Of a DNA stretch of 64,000 bases, positions 27,875 through 37,757 are shown in pieces; within the stretch, counting starts at the first letter, position 1; each line of letters opens with the position of its first letter. Location: contig JBGANV010000004.1 of the NCBI GenBank assembly GCA_044222185.1, forward strand, positions 32,001 to 96,000. The letters run 5' to 3'. The notes beneath the pieces are model-generated. The model was not told the DNA's origin. It was given only the letters and a program-made list of their open reading frames with translations, and did no database searches. A program made the translations under genes and the position numbers. Origin of the DNA: Planctomycetota bacterium (GTDB lineage: Bacteria; Planctomycetota; GCA-002687715; CAIWVZ01).

Positions 27875-28443
27875 GTGATGATCCTCTGGAGACCGGTGGG
27901 ATTGGCGGAGATGGCGCTGATCTTCGACTCGGAGATGTGCGCGTTTCCTCCGCGGTCGCCTGTGCAGCCGATCTTCTACCCCGTGCCCGATGCCGAACAC
28001 GCCACACGCAGATCGCACGGGACTGGAACACGAAGGAGGCGCCCTTTGCCGGGCGCGTCGTCCGGTTCGAGGTCCCGGACGCCTATGCGCGGCAATTCGA
28101 CGTCCAGGTCGTCGGCAGCGCGTCGCGCCGGGAGTTGTGGGTGCGGGCGGAGGACCTGGTCGAATTCAATGCGATGATCGTGGCGCCGATCGTTGCCGAG
28201 CGCGCGTTCTTCGGACGTCGGCATCGTGCGTCCGCGTCGCCGTCGTTGACGCTCGAAGCCGCTTCGCGAGACGTCGCGGCGGCCGTCGCCAGCCACGTCC
28301 GCGAAGTATTCCGGAGCTTCCCGTGGTGGAAGGTCGCCCCCGATCGCTCCGGACCCTTCGGGGACGACGAACGTGACGCCTGCATCGCCCGGATCCGCCA
28401 GGCGTGGGCCGGACTCCCGGGCGGTCCGTCGCTGATCGAATGA
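27875..28443 (+). pseudogene. Frameshifted member of the small family often annotated 'ADP-ribosylation/crystallin J1'-associated (LxRPVG...FPPRxPxQPIFYPV...QIARDWN)
   Basis: The N-terminus MILWRPVGLAEM...FPPRSPVQPIFYPVPDAEHA lies in ORF 27875. Its continuation TQIARDWNTK...VVG...ELWVRAEDLVEFN lies in ORF 27868. Removing one AC from GCCACACGCAG (28001-28011) joins them. Confidence 0.75.
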
Positions 28444-28532
28444 GTGGATCTCGTCGATCACGATCGTTGCCGACGACCTGCCGCGTTCCGTCGGTCGCGC
28501 GACGCAAGGCATGCTGCCCATCGGCGGTCACG

Positions 28533-29410
28533 ATGCGTTCGACCTGGATCCCACTCGCGTTCGTCGTTTCAGGCGCGCTCGATGTGCAGGGCGCGGCCGA
28601 GACTCGGCCGTCCGCGTCGCCGGATCTGCTGGTCATGGCCGCAGCGTTCGCCAGCGCACTGGGGACGTGTTCGTCGCAGTCGGTGAGAGGGAGGCACTGC
28701 GCAGGGGCATGGCGCCCCCGCCGATGATGGGGGAGTCCGTCGGCCTGGAGTGGCTCGGATGTCCCCTCACGCGCCAGCCCGCCGAAGCGCCCGCGTCCAC
28801 GGTGGAACCATTCAATGCGACGCCGCGCTCACGTCGCGTGGCTGCGGTGGAGACCAAAGGCCCGAACGCGCCGGCGCTGGGTGGCCGCGCGATCTCGCTC
28901 GTCCCATCGGGGCAGGCGTTCGGCGAGCAACTGACGGCGGAGCTCGTCGCTTCCGGGTTTCAGATCTGGCTCGCCGACGATGGCCTGCGGACGCCGCCCT
29001 GTCGCGCGGAGTTCGAGAACGGATGGACCCGATCCCCGATCACCGGTTGGGACGTCGACGTGGGGCAGGACACGTTCTTTCGCGATCCGCGCTTTGCGAT
29101 CTGCCGCGTGGGACCGCGGATCATCGTCGACCTCACCCCGGGCACGGCGGCGGGGACTGAGATCGTCTCCGTGCGGATCAGCGCGCTCGACCCGGCGACG
29201 CCGAGCGTTGGCACCGTCGTTCCGTCGTGGACCATCAAGGTCGATGACGACCTGTTCGCGGTCGTCCGCCAGATCCCCATGCCGGGCCAGGGCCAGGGCA
29301 CGGCGGGCTCGACTTGCGATTTGTGGCTTTCCGTCGAGCGCGCCGAGGCGATCGGAGTGCGGGGGATGCCCTGCGGATGGGAACGACGATCGCGGACGCC
29401 ACATCGGTGA
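28533..29410 (+). pseudogene. Hypothetical exported protein, possibly frameshifted at the G4 run 28661-28664
   Basis: Signal-peptide-like MRSTWIPLAFVVSGA at ATG 28533. Protein-like sequence continues in the frame of ORF 28511..29410 (DVFVAVGERE...); one extra G would join them. Confidence 0.4.
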
Positions 29411-29434
29411 CATGCTCCCTCGCGCGTGCCGCGA

Positions 29435-29986
29435 TCAATCCGCCTGCCGCGCCAGCGCCACGCGCTGGAATGCGACGTGGTCCTCGGCGCTGAACACGAC
29501 GAAGACCACGTGTGACAGCGTGGCGTTTGGATGACTGCTCGCCCAGTCGTTCGCAGCAGCCAGCATGGCTTCGGCGCAAACGTCCACGGGGAGCGCGCCG
29601 ACGCCGGTCGCGAGGGCGGGGAACGCGATCGAGCGGCAACCGTGACGCTGCGCCAGATCGAGACTGGCGAGCACGGCCCTGCGGATGATCGGCCCGCTCG
29701 AGAGGCTCCCGGGATGTTTGGGCGTGAGATCGTCCTGCGGGCGATATCCCATGGCGGCGGCGTGAATGACGAAGCGGTTCGGCAGCGTGCCAGCCTTCGT
29801 GATGACGGCGTCGCCGAGCGCGATGGGACCCTGGGGCACGGCTTCGGCCTCGATCGAAGGGCCGCCTGCGCGCGCGATCGCGCCAGCGACGCCCGACCCG
29901 AGCCACAACTCCGTGTTGGCCGCGTTCACGATGGCATCCACGTCGGGGAGCCGCGTGATGTCGCCGCGTCTGAGCTCGATGTGCAT
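29435..29986 (-). CDS. Macro-domain protein (ADP-ribose-binding/O-acetyl-ADP-ribose deacetylase family)
   Basis: GDIT, DAIVNAAN, GSGVAGAI..AGG, VIHA, SIAFPALATGVG. Confidence 0.93.
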   Translation of the reverse strand: MHIELRRGDITRLPDVDAIVNAANTELWLGSGVAGAIARAGGPSIEAEAVPQGPIALGDAVITKAGTLPNRFVIHAAAMGYRPQDDLTPKHPGSLSSGPIIRRAVLASLDLAQRHGCRSIAFPALATGVGALPVDVCAEAMLAAANDWASSHPNATLSHVVFVVFSAEDHVAFQRVALARQAD

Positions 29987-30089
29987 GGGGGTGCTCTCGT
30001 CGGAGCGTACCACGGCCGGCGGAGTCTGAGCGCGAGGGTGAGTGCCGCATTGATCGTGAACCGAGCCTCTGTGAGACTGCCCGCTCCCG

Positions 30090-31205
30090 ATGACGTTCAT
30101 CTACACATGGAGCGCGGGCATCGTTGCGGCGACCATCGTCCTCGCGCTCTTGTGGCGTGGCGTGCTGCTCGTCCGCGGAATCCGGCCCCCGAGGCCGTTC
30201 TGGAAGGTCCTTCTGTGGCACGCTCTGTCGTTCGCGTTCCATGCCGTCGTCACCGTGCCGCTCACCCTCGGATGGTTCGGCACGCACATCGTCGGCACGC
30301 GCCCCGATGAACGCGGATACGCCGGGCCGCGCATCGACGCGCAGGGGCAGTGGATTCATCAGAGCCGCGAGAGTTTGCGCGCCGACGCGGCCGCGGGCGC
30401 CGCGACGCGACCGGCAGCCGTGGGCAACGGCGGCGTCGAGACGGTTTCGCTGACGGCGACCGACGGAGTCGCGCTGCGCGCGTTCCACGTTCCGCCGCCG
30501 TCGCGGCCACCCGCGTTCTCCGTGGTGCTGGTCCACGGGCTGTTTCGCGGTGGTCTGGAACTCGAGCCGCCGGCGATCATGTTTCGCGATCTCGGCGGCG
30601 ATGTGCTGATGCTGGAGATGCGCAACCACGGGGCGAGCGGCAAGGCCGCGCCCACGTTCGGGCGCAACGAGGCTCGCGACGTGCTGAGCGCCGTGGCTTG
30701 GTTCCGGAACCGTCCCGAGAGCGCGAACCGCAAGCTCGTGCTGTTCGGAGTGAGCCTCGGAAGCGTGGCAGTGGCGCTCGCGGCTCCAGACGTTCCCGAT
30801 CTGGCAGGGATCGTCCTCGACGCGCCCGCCGACGAACTCCTGCAAGTCGCTCACCGGATGCTCGGGCGCGATCCCCGTCCAGGTCAGCGAACGTTCGCGA
30901 TGAAGCAGCCGTTCCGATCGGTCACCATCGCCTCCGTCGAGTTCTGGTCGGGCGTGCACCTGGCGGAGATCCGACCGCTTGACGCGATCCCGAGGCTGTC
31001 TCCGAGCACCGCGGCCCTCATCATCGGCGGCGGAAGTGACGTGCGCATGCCGCCGGACGTGGTGCGCTCCGTCTTCGATGCGGTGCCCGCGCCGGCCGCG
31101 CGCAAGGAGCTCTGGATCCGCGACGGCTCGGATCACGGAGTGGTGTGGGTGGACGATCCCGCGGGATATCGTGAGCGCCTCCAGCGGCTCGTCGAGCGGT
31201 TGTGA
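30090..31205 (+). CDS. Membrane-anchored alpha/beta hydrolase
   Basis: Two N-terminal TM segments; VLVHG, RNHGAS, nucleophile GVSLG, GGSD..M, SDH. Confidence 0.85.
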   Translation: MTFIYTWSAGIVAATIVLALLWRGVLLVRGIRPPRPFWKVLLWHALSFAFHAVVTVPLTLGWFGTHIVGTRPDERGYAGPRIDAQGQWIHQSRESLRADAAAGAATRPAAVGNGGVETVSLTATDGVALRAFHVPPPSRPPAFSVVLVHGLFRGGLELEPPAIMFRDLGGDVLMLEMRNHGASGKAAPTFGRNEARDVLSAVAWFRNRPESANRKLVLFGVSLGSVAVALAAPDVPDLAGIVLDAPADELLQVAHRMLGRDPRPGQRTFAMKQPFRSVTIASVEFWSGVHLAEIRPLDAIPRLSPSTAALIIGGGSDVRMPPDVVRSVFDAVPAPAARKELWIRDGSDHGVVWVDDPAGYRERLQRLVERL

Positions 31206-31219
31206 GATGGGGAATGTGC

Positions 31220-32329
31220 ATGAAGCTCAATGCGTGGATCGCCGGCGCGGCGGTCGCGGGTGTGATGATCGGATGCGGGGGCGTGTCGTCCTCGCCGGCG
31301 CCCGTGAAGGAGACGATGGTTCCCGCTGACACCGGCGTGGATCCGCAGTGGGTGACGGCGCTGTTCTCGGACTACGCCGCGCCAGGGGGGCCCGGCGCCG
31401 CCGTCATGGTGCTGAAGGATGGCGACGTGGCGTTCGCACGCGGGTTCGGGCTCGCGGACGTGGAGACCGGCGCCGCGATCGGCACGAGGACGTGCTTCCG
31501 GCTGGCCTCGCTCACGAAGGCGATGACGGCGACGGCGGCGCTCCTGCTGGTGCAGGACGGCAAGCTCACGCTCGACACGAAGGTCACGGAAGTCTTGCTG
31601 GATTTTCCCGCCTACGGCCGCGCGATCACCGTGCGTCACCTGCTCGCGCACACGTCGGGGCTCGTGGAGGTGGAGGATTCGGTGCCGGCCGATGCGCCGC
31701 GACAGATCCTCGACAAGGACGTCGTCGCCATGCTCGCGCTTCAGAAGGGGACGGAGTTCGAGCCGGGCTCGAAGTTCGCCTACAGCAATTCCGGCTACGC
31801 CATGCTCGCCGTGATGATCGAGCAGGTTTCGGGGATGGCGTTCGCGGAGTTCCTGCGGACGCGCGTGTTCGAGCCGCTCGGGATGTCGACGGCGGTCGCG
31901 TTCGAGCAGGGGACTTCCACCATCGCCGATCGCGCGTTCGGTCATCAGCGCAAGGACGATCGGTGGGTGAAGGCCGATCAGAGTCCGACCAGCGCGGTCC
32001 TCGGTGACGGCGGAGTCTATGCGTCGCTCGAAGACCTGCGTCGGTGGGACGCGGCGATCCACGACCACACGCTCCTGGGCGCGGCGCAGGACTCGGTGTT
32101 CGTGTCGAACCGCCTGACGGATGGATCGCCCACCGGCTACGGGTTCGGGTGGTTCCTCGATTCCCTCGACGGCCACGTGCGCCAACGTCACACGGGTTCG
32201 TCTCGCGGCTTTCGGCATGCGATCCAGCGATTCCCCGACGAGCACCTGACCGTGATCGTCCTCACCAACCGCGACGAAGGCGAGCCGCAAACGATCGGCA
32301 CCGCCGTGGCGCGGATGTATCTGCGGTAG
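31220..32329 (+). CDS. Serine hydrolase, beta-lactamase class C/PBP-like family; probable lipoprotein
   Basis: Lipobox-like VMIGC; SxxK (ASLTK), LLAHTSGL, YSN, HTG. Confidence 0.9.
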   Translation: MKLNAWIAGAAVAGVMIGCGGVSSSPAPVKETMVPADTGVDPQWVTALFSDYAAPGGPGAAVMVLKDGDVAFARGFGLADVETGAAIGTRTCFRLASLTKAMTATAALLLVQDGKLTLDTKVTEVLLDFPAYGRAITVRHLLAHTSGLVEVEDSVPADAPRQILDKDVVAMLALQKGTEFEPGSKFAYSNSGYAMLAVMIEQVSGMAFAEFLRTRVFEPLGMSTAVAFEQGTSTIADRAFGHQRKDDRWVKADQSPTSAVLGDGGVYASLEDLRRWDAAIHDHTLLGAAQDSVFVSNRLTDGSPTGYGFGWFLDSLDGHVRQRHTGSSRGFRHAIQRFPDEHLTVIVLTNRDEGEPQTIGTAVARMYLR

Positions 32330-32372
32330 ACGCGCGCGGCGCGCAGAAGTCGCCGCGCCTTCCTCGACGCGC

Positions 32373-32570
32373 GGAGCGCCGCGTTTCACGCGGCCGGACG
32401 GCAGGGCTCCAGCCATGCCTCGCGGGTGGAGAGGCCTCTCGGTCGCAACGAGGCCATCGCAGTCACCGGGCGCAGTCCGACAGCGCGCGGCCCCGTGGAA
32501 TGGCTTGGAGCTGACGCCATTCCGGCGAGGCGGAGCCTCGCCAGCCGGCCGCGCTGGAGCGCGGCGCGCC
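32373..32570. repeat. REPIN-like element (two inverted double-hairpin REP ends) between convergent genes
   Basis: Left end GGAGC-GCCGCGT-TTC-ACGCGGC-CGGAC-GGCAGGGC-TCCA-GCCATGCC. Right end (reverse complement) GGCGC-GCCGCGC-TCCA-GCGCGGC-CGGCT-GGCGAGGC-TCC-GCCTCGCC. Confidence 0.8.
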
Positions 32571-32600
32571 GGCGCGCAGTGCGAGCTCTCTGCGAAATCC

Positions 32601-34565
32601 TTACGGCGTGATCGTGATCGCGACTGGCGTCGACGTGAATGCGGGCGACGTCGTCGTCACGAAGGCGAAGTAGAGCGTGATGGGAGCGGGAATCGGGCCG
32701 ATGTCGGGCAGGACGAACTGCGCCGTTGCCTGCCCCGTGGCGCTCAGGGCGCCAGCGAAGTTCTGGAACATGGGGCCGTTCATCGACTGGAACACGAACG
32801 ACGTGACGAAGTCGGCGGTCAGCGGAATCACCTTCCGGTCGGGCAGCGTGATCCCGGGCGTCACGCCGGTTGCCGACGCGCCGATGACGAACGGGCGGTT
32901 CGCGGCGACCGTCCCGCCATTCAGCGTCAGGGTGACGGTTCCGCCCGTTCGCGGAATCGTCGTCGCCGAGGCCGTGAGGCTGTTCGCGTAGGTCGCGGTC
33001 TGGTTCGTTCCGCGCAGGATCCACGGCGACGGATCGAGAGCCACGGCCGAGACCGTTCCATTCGTCGGCAGGATGAAGTCGTCGCGCGTCTCGTCGACCC
33101 ACACGATGCTCGTCGTCTGGCCCGACGGCGTCGTAACGCGGACATCTACCGGGAACCGATACGGCAACCCGGCGTGCGTCTGGTTGATGTTGCCGACGAC
33201 GTACGTCTGCCCGTTCAGCGTCCGGTTCGTCCACCCCAGGCTGAAGCGCGGTGCACCCGTCCGCATCACGCACTGATCGATGAACCACGTGAGGTCTTCG
33301 CCAAGCGTCGCCGACGCGCTTGCGGTGAAGTCGAGCCACGTCGCGCTCTGGTACTGCTTCTGCGCCTGGTAGTTCCGCAGGATCTGGAAGAAGACCGTGT
33401 CACCGACGATGTGGCGCAGCTGGTGGAGCACCCACGCGCCTTTGCGATACACGTTCGTCGTGCTGAAGATCGTCGAGGTGCTCGTCGCGTTCACGACGTA
33501 CACGCTGCTCGTCGACGTGGGATTCGTCGGCTTGTTGGCGTTCATGCGTGAGAAGTAGGTCGTGACTCCGCCGCCCGGCTTGAACTCGTCCCACAGGGCT
33601 TCGCAATAGGTCGCGAACCCTTCGTTCAGCCCGATGTCGTGCCACGTCGCGCACGTGATGCTGTTACCCCACCACGAGTGTCCAAGCTCGTGCGAGCTCA
33701 AGTTCTCGCTGAAGTTCAGCTGGCTCGTGAGCGTCTGGTGCTCCATGCCGCCGCCCCAGTTGAACTGGACGATGCCGTACTTCTCGTTGGCGAACGGATA
33801 CTGTCCGAACAGCGTCGAGTAGGTCTGCATCATCACGGTGATGTTGTTCATGTTCGACTGCTCGGCGGCGAAGTTCTCCGGGTAGGCGTAGAACGTCACC
33901 GGCGTGTTGGCGCCGAATCCCGTGTACGTGTCGGTGCGGAGCGAGTAGTCGGAAGCGGTGATGGCGATGCCGTACGTCGCGATCGGGTAGTTGCTCGACC
34001 AGCGGTAGCGCTTCTTGCTGCCCGGGACGACGTCCGTGCCTTGCAGCAGGCCGTTCGACGTGGCCGTCAACGTATCGGGAACCGTGATCCACGTGGAGGC
34101 GAGGAACTTGTCGCTCGTCGTCTCCTTGCACGGCCACCAGGTGTAGGCATAGAACGGCTCGGAGAGCGTGGAGATCACGGGCGTCCCGCCACCGTGCGAC
34201 GAGAACGTGAACGAGCCGAAGCCCGCGGCGGATGCCGGGTTGCCGAAGTAGTGCAGGGCGACGACGAAGATCTCGTTCTGGTTGTACGCGCGGTCGAGCG
34301 TGATGAGGACCTGGTTCGTCGGGCGCGTGAACGTGGCGGGGATCCCCCCGGAGGTCACGTTCGAAACTGCGAAACCGCTGTCCAATTCGAGAGTGACGCT
34401 GGTGAGACCGTTCTGCGTGCTCTTGAACGTCCACGTGACGTCGCCCGTGAGCGTCTGCAGCGCGGGATCGATCGTGACGTCGAGCAGAACGGTCTGGGCG
34501 TCGGTTGGGTCTTGTGCGAATGAACAGACGGCGAGCAATGCGGCGATGAGGACGGCACGCGTCAT
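32601..34565 (-). CDS. Secreted M1-family zinc aminopeptidase with a C-terminal beta domain
   Basis: Signal peptide; GGMEH; HELGH-x18-E (LNEGFATY); VYRKGAWVLHQLR. Confidence 0.93.
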   Translation of the reverse strand: MTRAVLIAALLAVCSFAQDPTDAQTVLLDVTIDPALQTLTGDVTWTFKSTQNGLTSVTLELDSGFAVSNVTSGGIPATFTRPTNQVLITLDRAYNQNEIFVVALHYFGNPASAAGFGSFTFSSHGGGTPVISTLSEPFYAYTWWPCKETTSDKFLASTWITVPDTLTATSNGLLQGTDVVPGSKKRYRWSSNYPIATYGIAITASDYSLRTDTYTGFGANTPVTFYAYPENFAAEQSNMNNITVMMQTYSTLFGQYPFANEKYGIVQFNWGGGMEHQTLTSQLNFSENLSSHELGHSWWGNSITCATWHDIGLNEGFATYCEALWDEFKPGGGVTTYFSRMNANKPTNPTSTSSVYVVNATSTSTIFSTTNVYRKGAWVLHQLRHIVGDTVFFQILRNYQAQKQYQSATWLDFTASASATLGEDLTWFIDQCVMRTGAPRFSLGWTNRTLNGQTYVVGNINQTHAGLPYRFPVDVRVTTPSGQTTSIVWVDETRDDFILPTNGTVSAVALDPSPWILRGTNQTATYANSLTASATTIPRTGGTVTLTLNGGTVAANRPFVIGASATGVTPGITLPDRKVIPLTADFVTSFVFQSMNGPMFQNFAGALSATGQATAQFVLPDIGPIPAPITLYFAFVTTTSPAFTSTPVAITITP

Positions 34566-34633
34566 GAGAGATCCTTCGGAAAAACTTGCGGCAAGCGCGT
34601 GTTGGGGAAACGCTTCGAGTCTCGAGGCCGGCG

Positions 34634-34639
34634 ATTGTA
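34634..34639 (-). promoter_or_regulatory. Putative sigma70 -10 (TACAAT) for the M1 peptidase
   Basis: AT-rich hexamer about 70 bp upstream of the ATG in a GC-rich background; no clear -35. Confidence 0.4.
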
Positions 34640-34736
34640 GGCGGGCAGGGGCGGCCGCGGCAACAGAAGTCCCTGCTGGTGCGGCGAGAAGGGTCCCGGC
34701 GCCCCGGACGGATCGGCGCCGCTTGCCGCTGCGACT

Positions 34737-36938
34737 CTACTTCGGGCGCGATTCGACGAGGAACACGCCCGACCCGCTCGATCGGCCAGAGACCCGCCAC
34801 ACGCGCCGCTCGGGCCACGCTTTGACGAGTCTCTGCACCGACTCCTCGCTCACGTCCTGCGCGAAGATCGGCCGGTCGGCCGGCAGGGTGGGGTCGTTGA
34901 GTGTGAACGCCGACCAGAAGTCCGCGTTCAGAGCCGCCTTTACCAGCACCAGGTCGTTCGTCAGGTGCTCGGTTTCGACCAGGTTGCGGTAGTCGGCGTT
35001 GAACCCGCGGTAATGGGCGTACCGCGCGATCGACCGCCACGGCATGAAGACGCCGAAGGTCAGCATGCAACACGCCGCGATGAGGACGCCGACGCGCGCC
35101 CCGCCGGCTCCAGCGCTCGCGAGCGTCTGCGCGCCGCGCAGCGTCAGCCAGACGAGCGGCACGATCATCAAGAACCAGTATCGCGCGCCGAAGTCCGGCC
35201 CGCCGCTGAACCAGTAGAGGTGGTAGCCGGCGAAGAGCACGGCGAGCGTGAGGACGAGGAACCGATCGGAGCGCGTCCACCGTCCGCCGATCAGGTGAAT
35301 CGCCGCGAGGAGTAGCGATCCCGCGATCCACCCGAACAGCTCCACGTTCGTCGCGTAGAGGTTCTGGTTCGTGTTGACGAGCACGTCGCGCAGCCCATGA
35401 CCTGGGAACGGATCGAGGTACCCCCACCCTCCCGGCGGATTGCCGACGTCCGCGCCGAACCCGAGCCGGTTGGCGCCGGGATACCAGAGCTTGTCCGTGT
35501 AGGCGTTGATGGGGAACTGCAGCGCGTGTCCCGTCATCGCGTGGTTGTAGGGGAGGATCACGGCGGCAATCGCGATGCAGCCGATGCCGTACGCGATGAC
35601 GCTCTTCCACGGCAGTCGCTCGCCGAAGACGCCGAGGATCCACAGGCCGAACACGCCGCCGACGAGCACTGCGTCGAGCTGGCGCACGAGGCACAGATAG
35701 CCCAGCGCGCATCCGGCGATCAGCGGCCACGCGAGGCCTCCGCCACTCTCGCGGGCCCGCAACAACGCCAGCCACGCGACGAGCATCATCACGAGGGACA
35801 CCGAGTGCGTCATGTACGACGCCGAGAGGAACAAGAACCACGGCGACGCCGCGAGGAGGACGACGAGCGCGTTCGCGAAGCCGCGTCCCACCTGCCGTCG
35901 CGCGACGGCGTGCGCCAGCGGAATCGCCAGCGCGCCGAGGATCGGGTTGACGATCCACGGCACGCCGAAGAACGAGCCGATGGCCAGCACCGCGGGCCAA
36001 CCCGGCGGCGTCGTCGCGAACCACCGGCCGCCTTCCACCGTCATGAGGTAGACGTCGAACGCCTTCGGCTCCGGCGGCGGCGCGCACCAAAGCTGCCCAT
36101 GGGCGAGGCACTTCGACTGGAAGATGTAGGCCAGCTCGTCGGGAATGTGGGGGCACAGCTCGAACACGCGGTGAAACAGGAACACCGCGACGCCGAACAC
36201 GAACGATGCCACGACCCACGGCAGCGCGCGATCGAGGCGTGTCGCGCGATCCTCTTCGCCTGGGAGCGTCATCATCGCGGCAAGTCGCCCGCGAATCTGC
36301 TGGGCCGCATCCGCGGGCATCCGCTCGAAGATCAGCGCGAGGTTCGCGACGTTCAAGATCAGGAACGCGAGCGCCACGGCGAGCTGATAGGCGTAGGCGT
36401 TCGTCGGGAACGCGCCGCGATCACGGGCGATCTGGATGAACTGCGTGATGTTGGCGGCGGCGAAGAGGAAGAGGATGGTCGCGACGACGGCGCGCTTCCA
36501 CGTCAACCACGAGCGGAGGCGACTGTACCAGTGCGGTGCGCGGCCGAGCGCGCGCACGCCGACACAGAGTGCCTGCGCGAGCAGAAACCCGAGGTAGTAG
36601 AGCGTCAACGGGGCTTCGGCATCTCTCGACGGCGCGAAAAGCTCCCATGGTGGCTGCACGTACTGGATCCAGAGCGGGCTCGTGACTCCGAGCTGCCCGA
36701 TCATCCCGAACGCAAGCACGCACGTGCCGAATACGGCTTCCTGCCAACGGGTCCGGATTGCCAGCGCGCCGGCGATCGCGATACCGGCACACGTCCCCGC
36801 GAACCAGACACCGAGCGTTTGCCCACCCCGTGGCAGTTCGTGCGTTGGGGCATGGATGGATGCGTAGACGGCGAACGCGGCTTCCGCGAAAAGCACCAGG
36901 CGTGCAATCAGGGAGCCGATCCGCCTTCCCGAGGTCAT
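34737..36938 (-). CDS. Multi-pass GT-C fold glycosyltransferase (ArnT/PMT-like)
   Basis: Many TM helices; PHIPDELAYIFQ (DE motif), PPGWP, SYMTH, VRQLD, GARYW. Confidence 0.8.
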   Translation of the reverse strand: MTSGRRIGSLIARLVLFAEAAFAVYASIHAPTHELPRGGQTLGVWFAGTCAGIAIAGALAIRTRWQEAVFGTCVLAFGMIGQLGVTSPLWIQYVQPPWELFAPSRDAEAPLTLYYLGFLLAQALCVGVRALGRAPHWYSRLRSWLTWKRAVVATILFLFAAANITQFIQIARDRGAFPTNAYAYQLAVALAFLILNVANLALIFERMPADAAQQIRGRLAAMMTLPGEEDRATRLDRALPWVVASFVFGVAVFLFHRVFELCPHIPDELAYIFQSKCLAHGQLWCAPPPEPKAFDVYLMTVEGGRWFATTPPGWPAVLAIGSFFGVPWIVNPILGALAIPLAHAVARRQVGRGFANALVVLLAASPWFLFLSASYMTHSVSLVMMLVAWLALLRARESGGGLAWPLIAGCALGYLCLVRQLDAVLVGGVFGLWILGVFGERLPWKSVIAYGIGCIAIAAVILPYNHAMTGHALQFPINAYTDKLWYPGANRLGFGADVGNPPGGWGYLDPFPGHGLRDVLVNTNQNLYATNVELFGWIAGSLLLAAIHLIGGRWTRSDRFLVLTLAVLFAGYHLYWFSGGPDFGARYWFLMIVPLVWLTLRGAQTLASAGAGGARVGVLIAACCMLTFGVFMPWRSIARYAHYRGFNADYRNLVETEHLTNDLVLVKAALNADFWSAFTLNDPTLPADRPIFAQDVSEESVQRLVKAWPERRVWRVSGRSSGSGVFLVESRPK

Positions 36939-36941
36939 GAA

Positions 36942-37757
36942 TCAGCGCGACGCGCCAACCGGTTCGGGTGATGCGCTCGCCGCGCCATTCGGCACCGGCG
37001 GCAGTGCGCCCGCCCGCTGACGACGCCACTCGCGCAGCGCGCGCGAGAACCGGAACCGCAAGAGGTTGCGGAAGAACTCCCAGCAGGTCGTCGCCCGCAC
37101 GTGCGAGAGCCCGTTGCCGCGCATCCGCGCGAACACGTTCATCTCGAGGACGCGTACGCCCAGGTAGTGCGACTTCACCATGATCTCCGGATCCAGGAAC
37201 CACTGCTTCGACTGGAGGTCGAGCACGTCGATGACCTGGCGCTGGAGCAACTTCGGCGAGCCGTTGATGTCGATGGACCCGAGCTTGGGCCACAGCATGT
37301 AGACGAAGCAGTTGTAGGCGACCGACACGACCTTGCGCAGAAACCCGTCGAGCCTGAATCGGCGACGAACCTTGCCGATCACCCATCCCTTGCAGAATCG
37401 CACCGCCTCGAAGAGGCGGACGACGTCGTCGGGATCCACCTGGCCGTCGGCGGGAATGATGCCGACCCAGGGAGCCGTGGCGCGCGGCAATCCGCACAAC
37501 ACGCCCCAGCCATAGCCCTGGTTCACGTCGACGCGGTGATGCACCACGTTCATGCCCTTGGCGATGAACTCCTGGATGATGCGACCCGTCCCGTCCTTCG
37601 ATCCGTTGTCGACGGCGACGAGTTCCAGGTTGTATCCGGCCTTCTCGAAGGCGGCGAGGAGCTGAGGGATCGTGTAGACGATCACCTCTTCCTCGTTGTA
37701 GGCCGGCATGACGAACGAGACGTCGGGCCGGCGCGAGGTGTTCGGGGCCGCCGTCAC
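36942..37757 (-). CDS. GT2 glycosyltransferase (polyprenol-phosphate sugar synthase-like)
   Basis: SFVMPAYNEE, VDNGSKDGT, NQGYG, ADGQ, FLDPE. Its GTG start overlaps the upstream stop (GTGA). Confidence 0.9.
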   Translation of the reverse strand: MTAAPNTSRRPDVSFVMPAYNEEEVIVYTIPQLLAAFEKAGYNLELVAVDNGSKDGTGRIIQEFIAKGMNVVHHRVDVNQGYGWGVLCGLPRATAPWVGIIPADGQVDPDDVVRLFEAVRFCKGWVIGKVRRRFRLDGFLRKVVSVAYNCFVYMLWPKLGSIDINGSPKLLQRQVIDVLDLQSKQWFLDPEIMVKSHYLGVRVLEMNVFARMRGNGLSHVRATTCWEFFRNLLRFRFSRALREWRRQRAGALPPVPNGAASASPEPVGASR

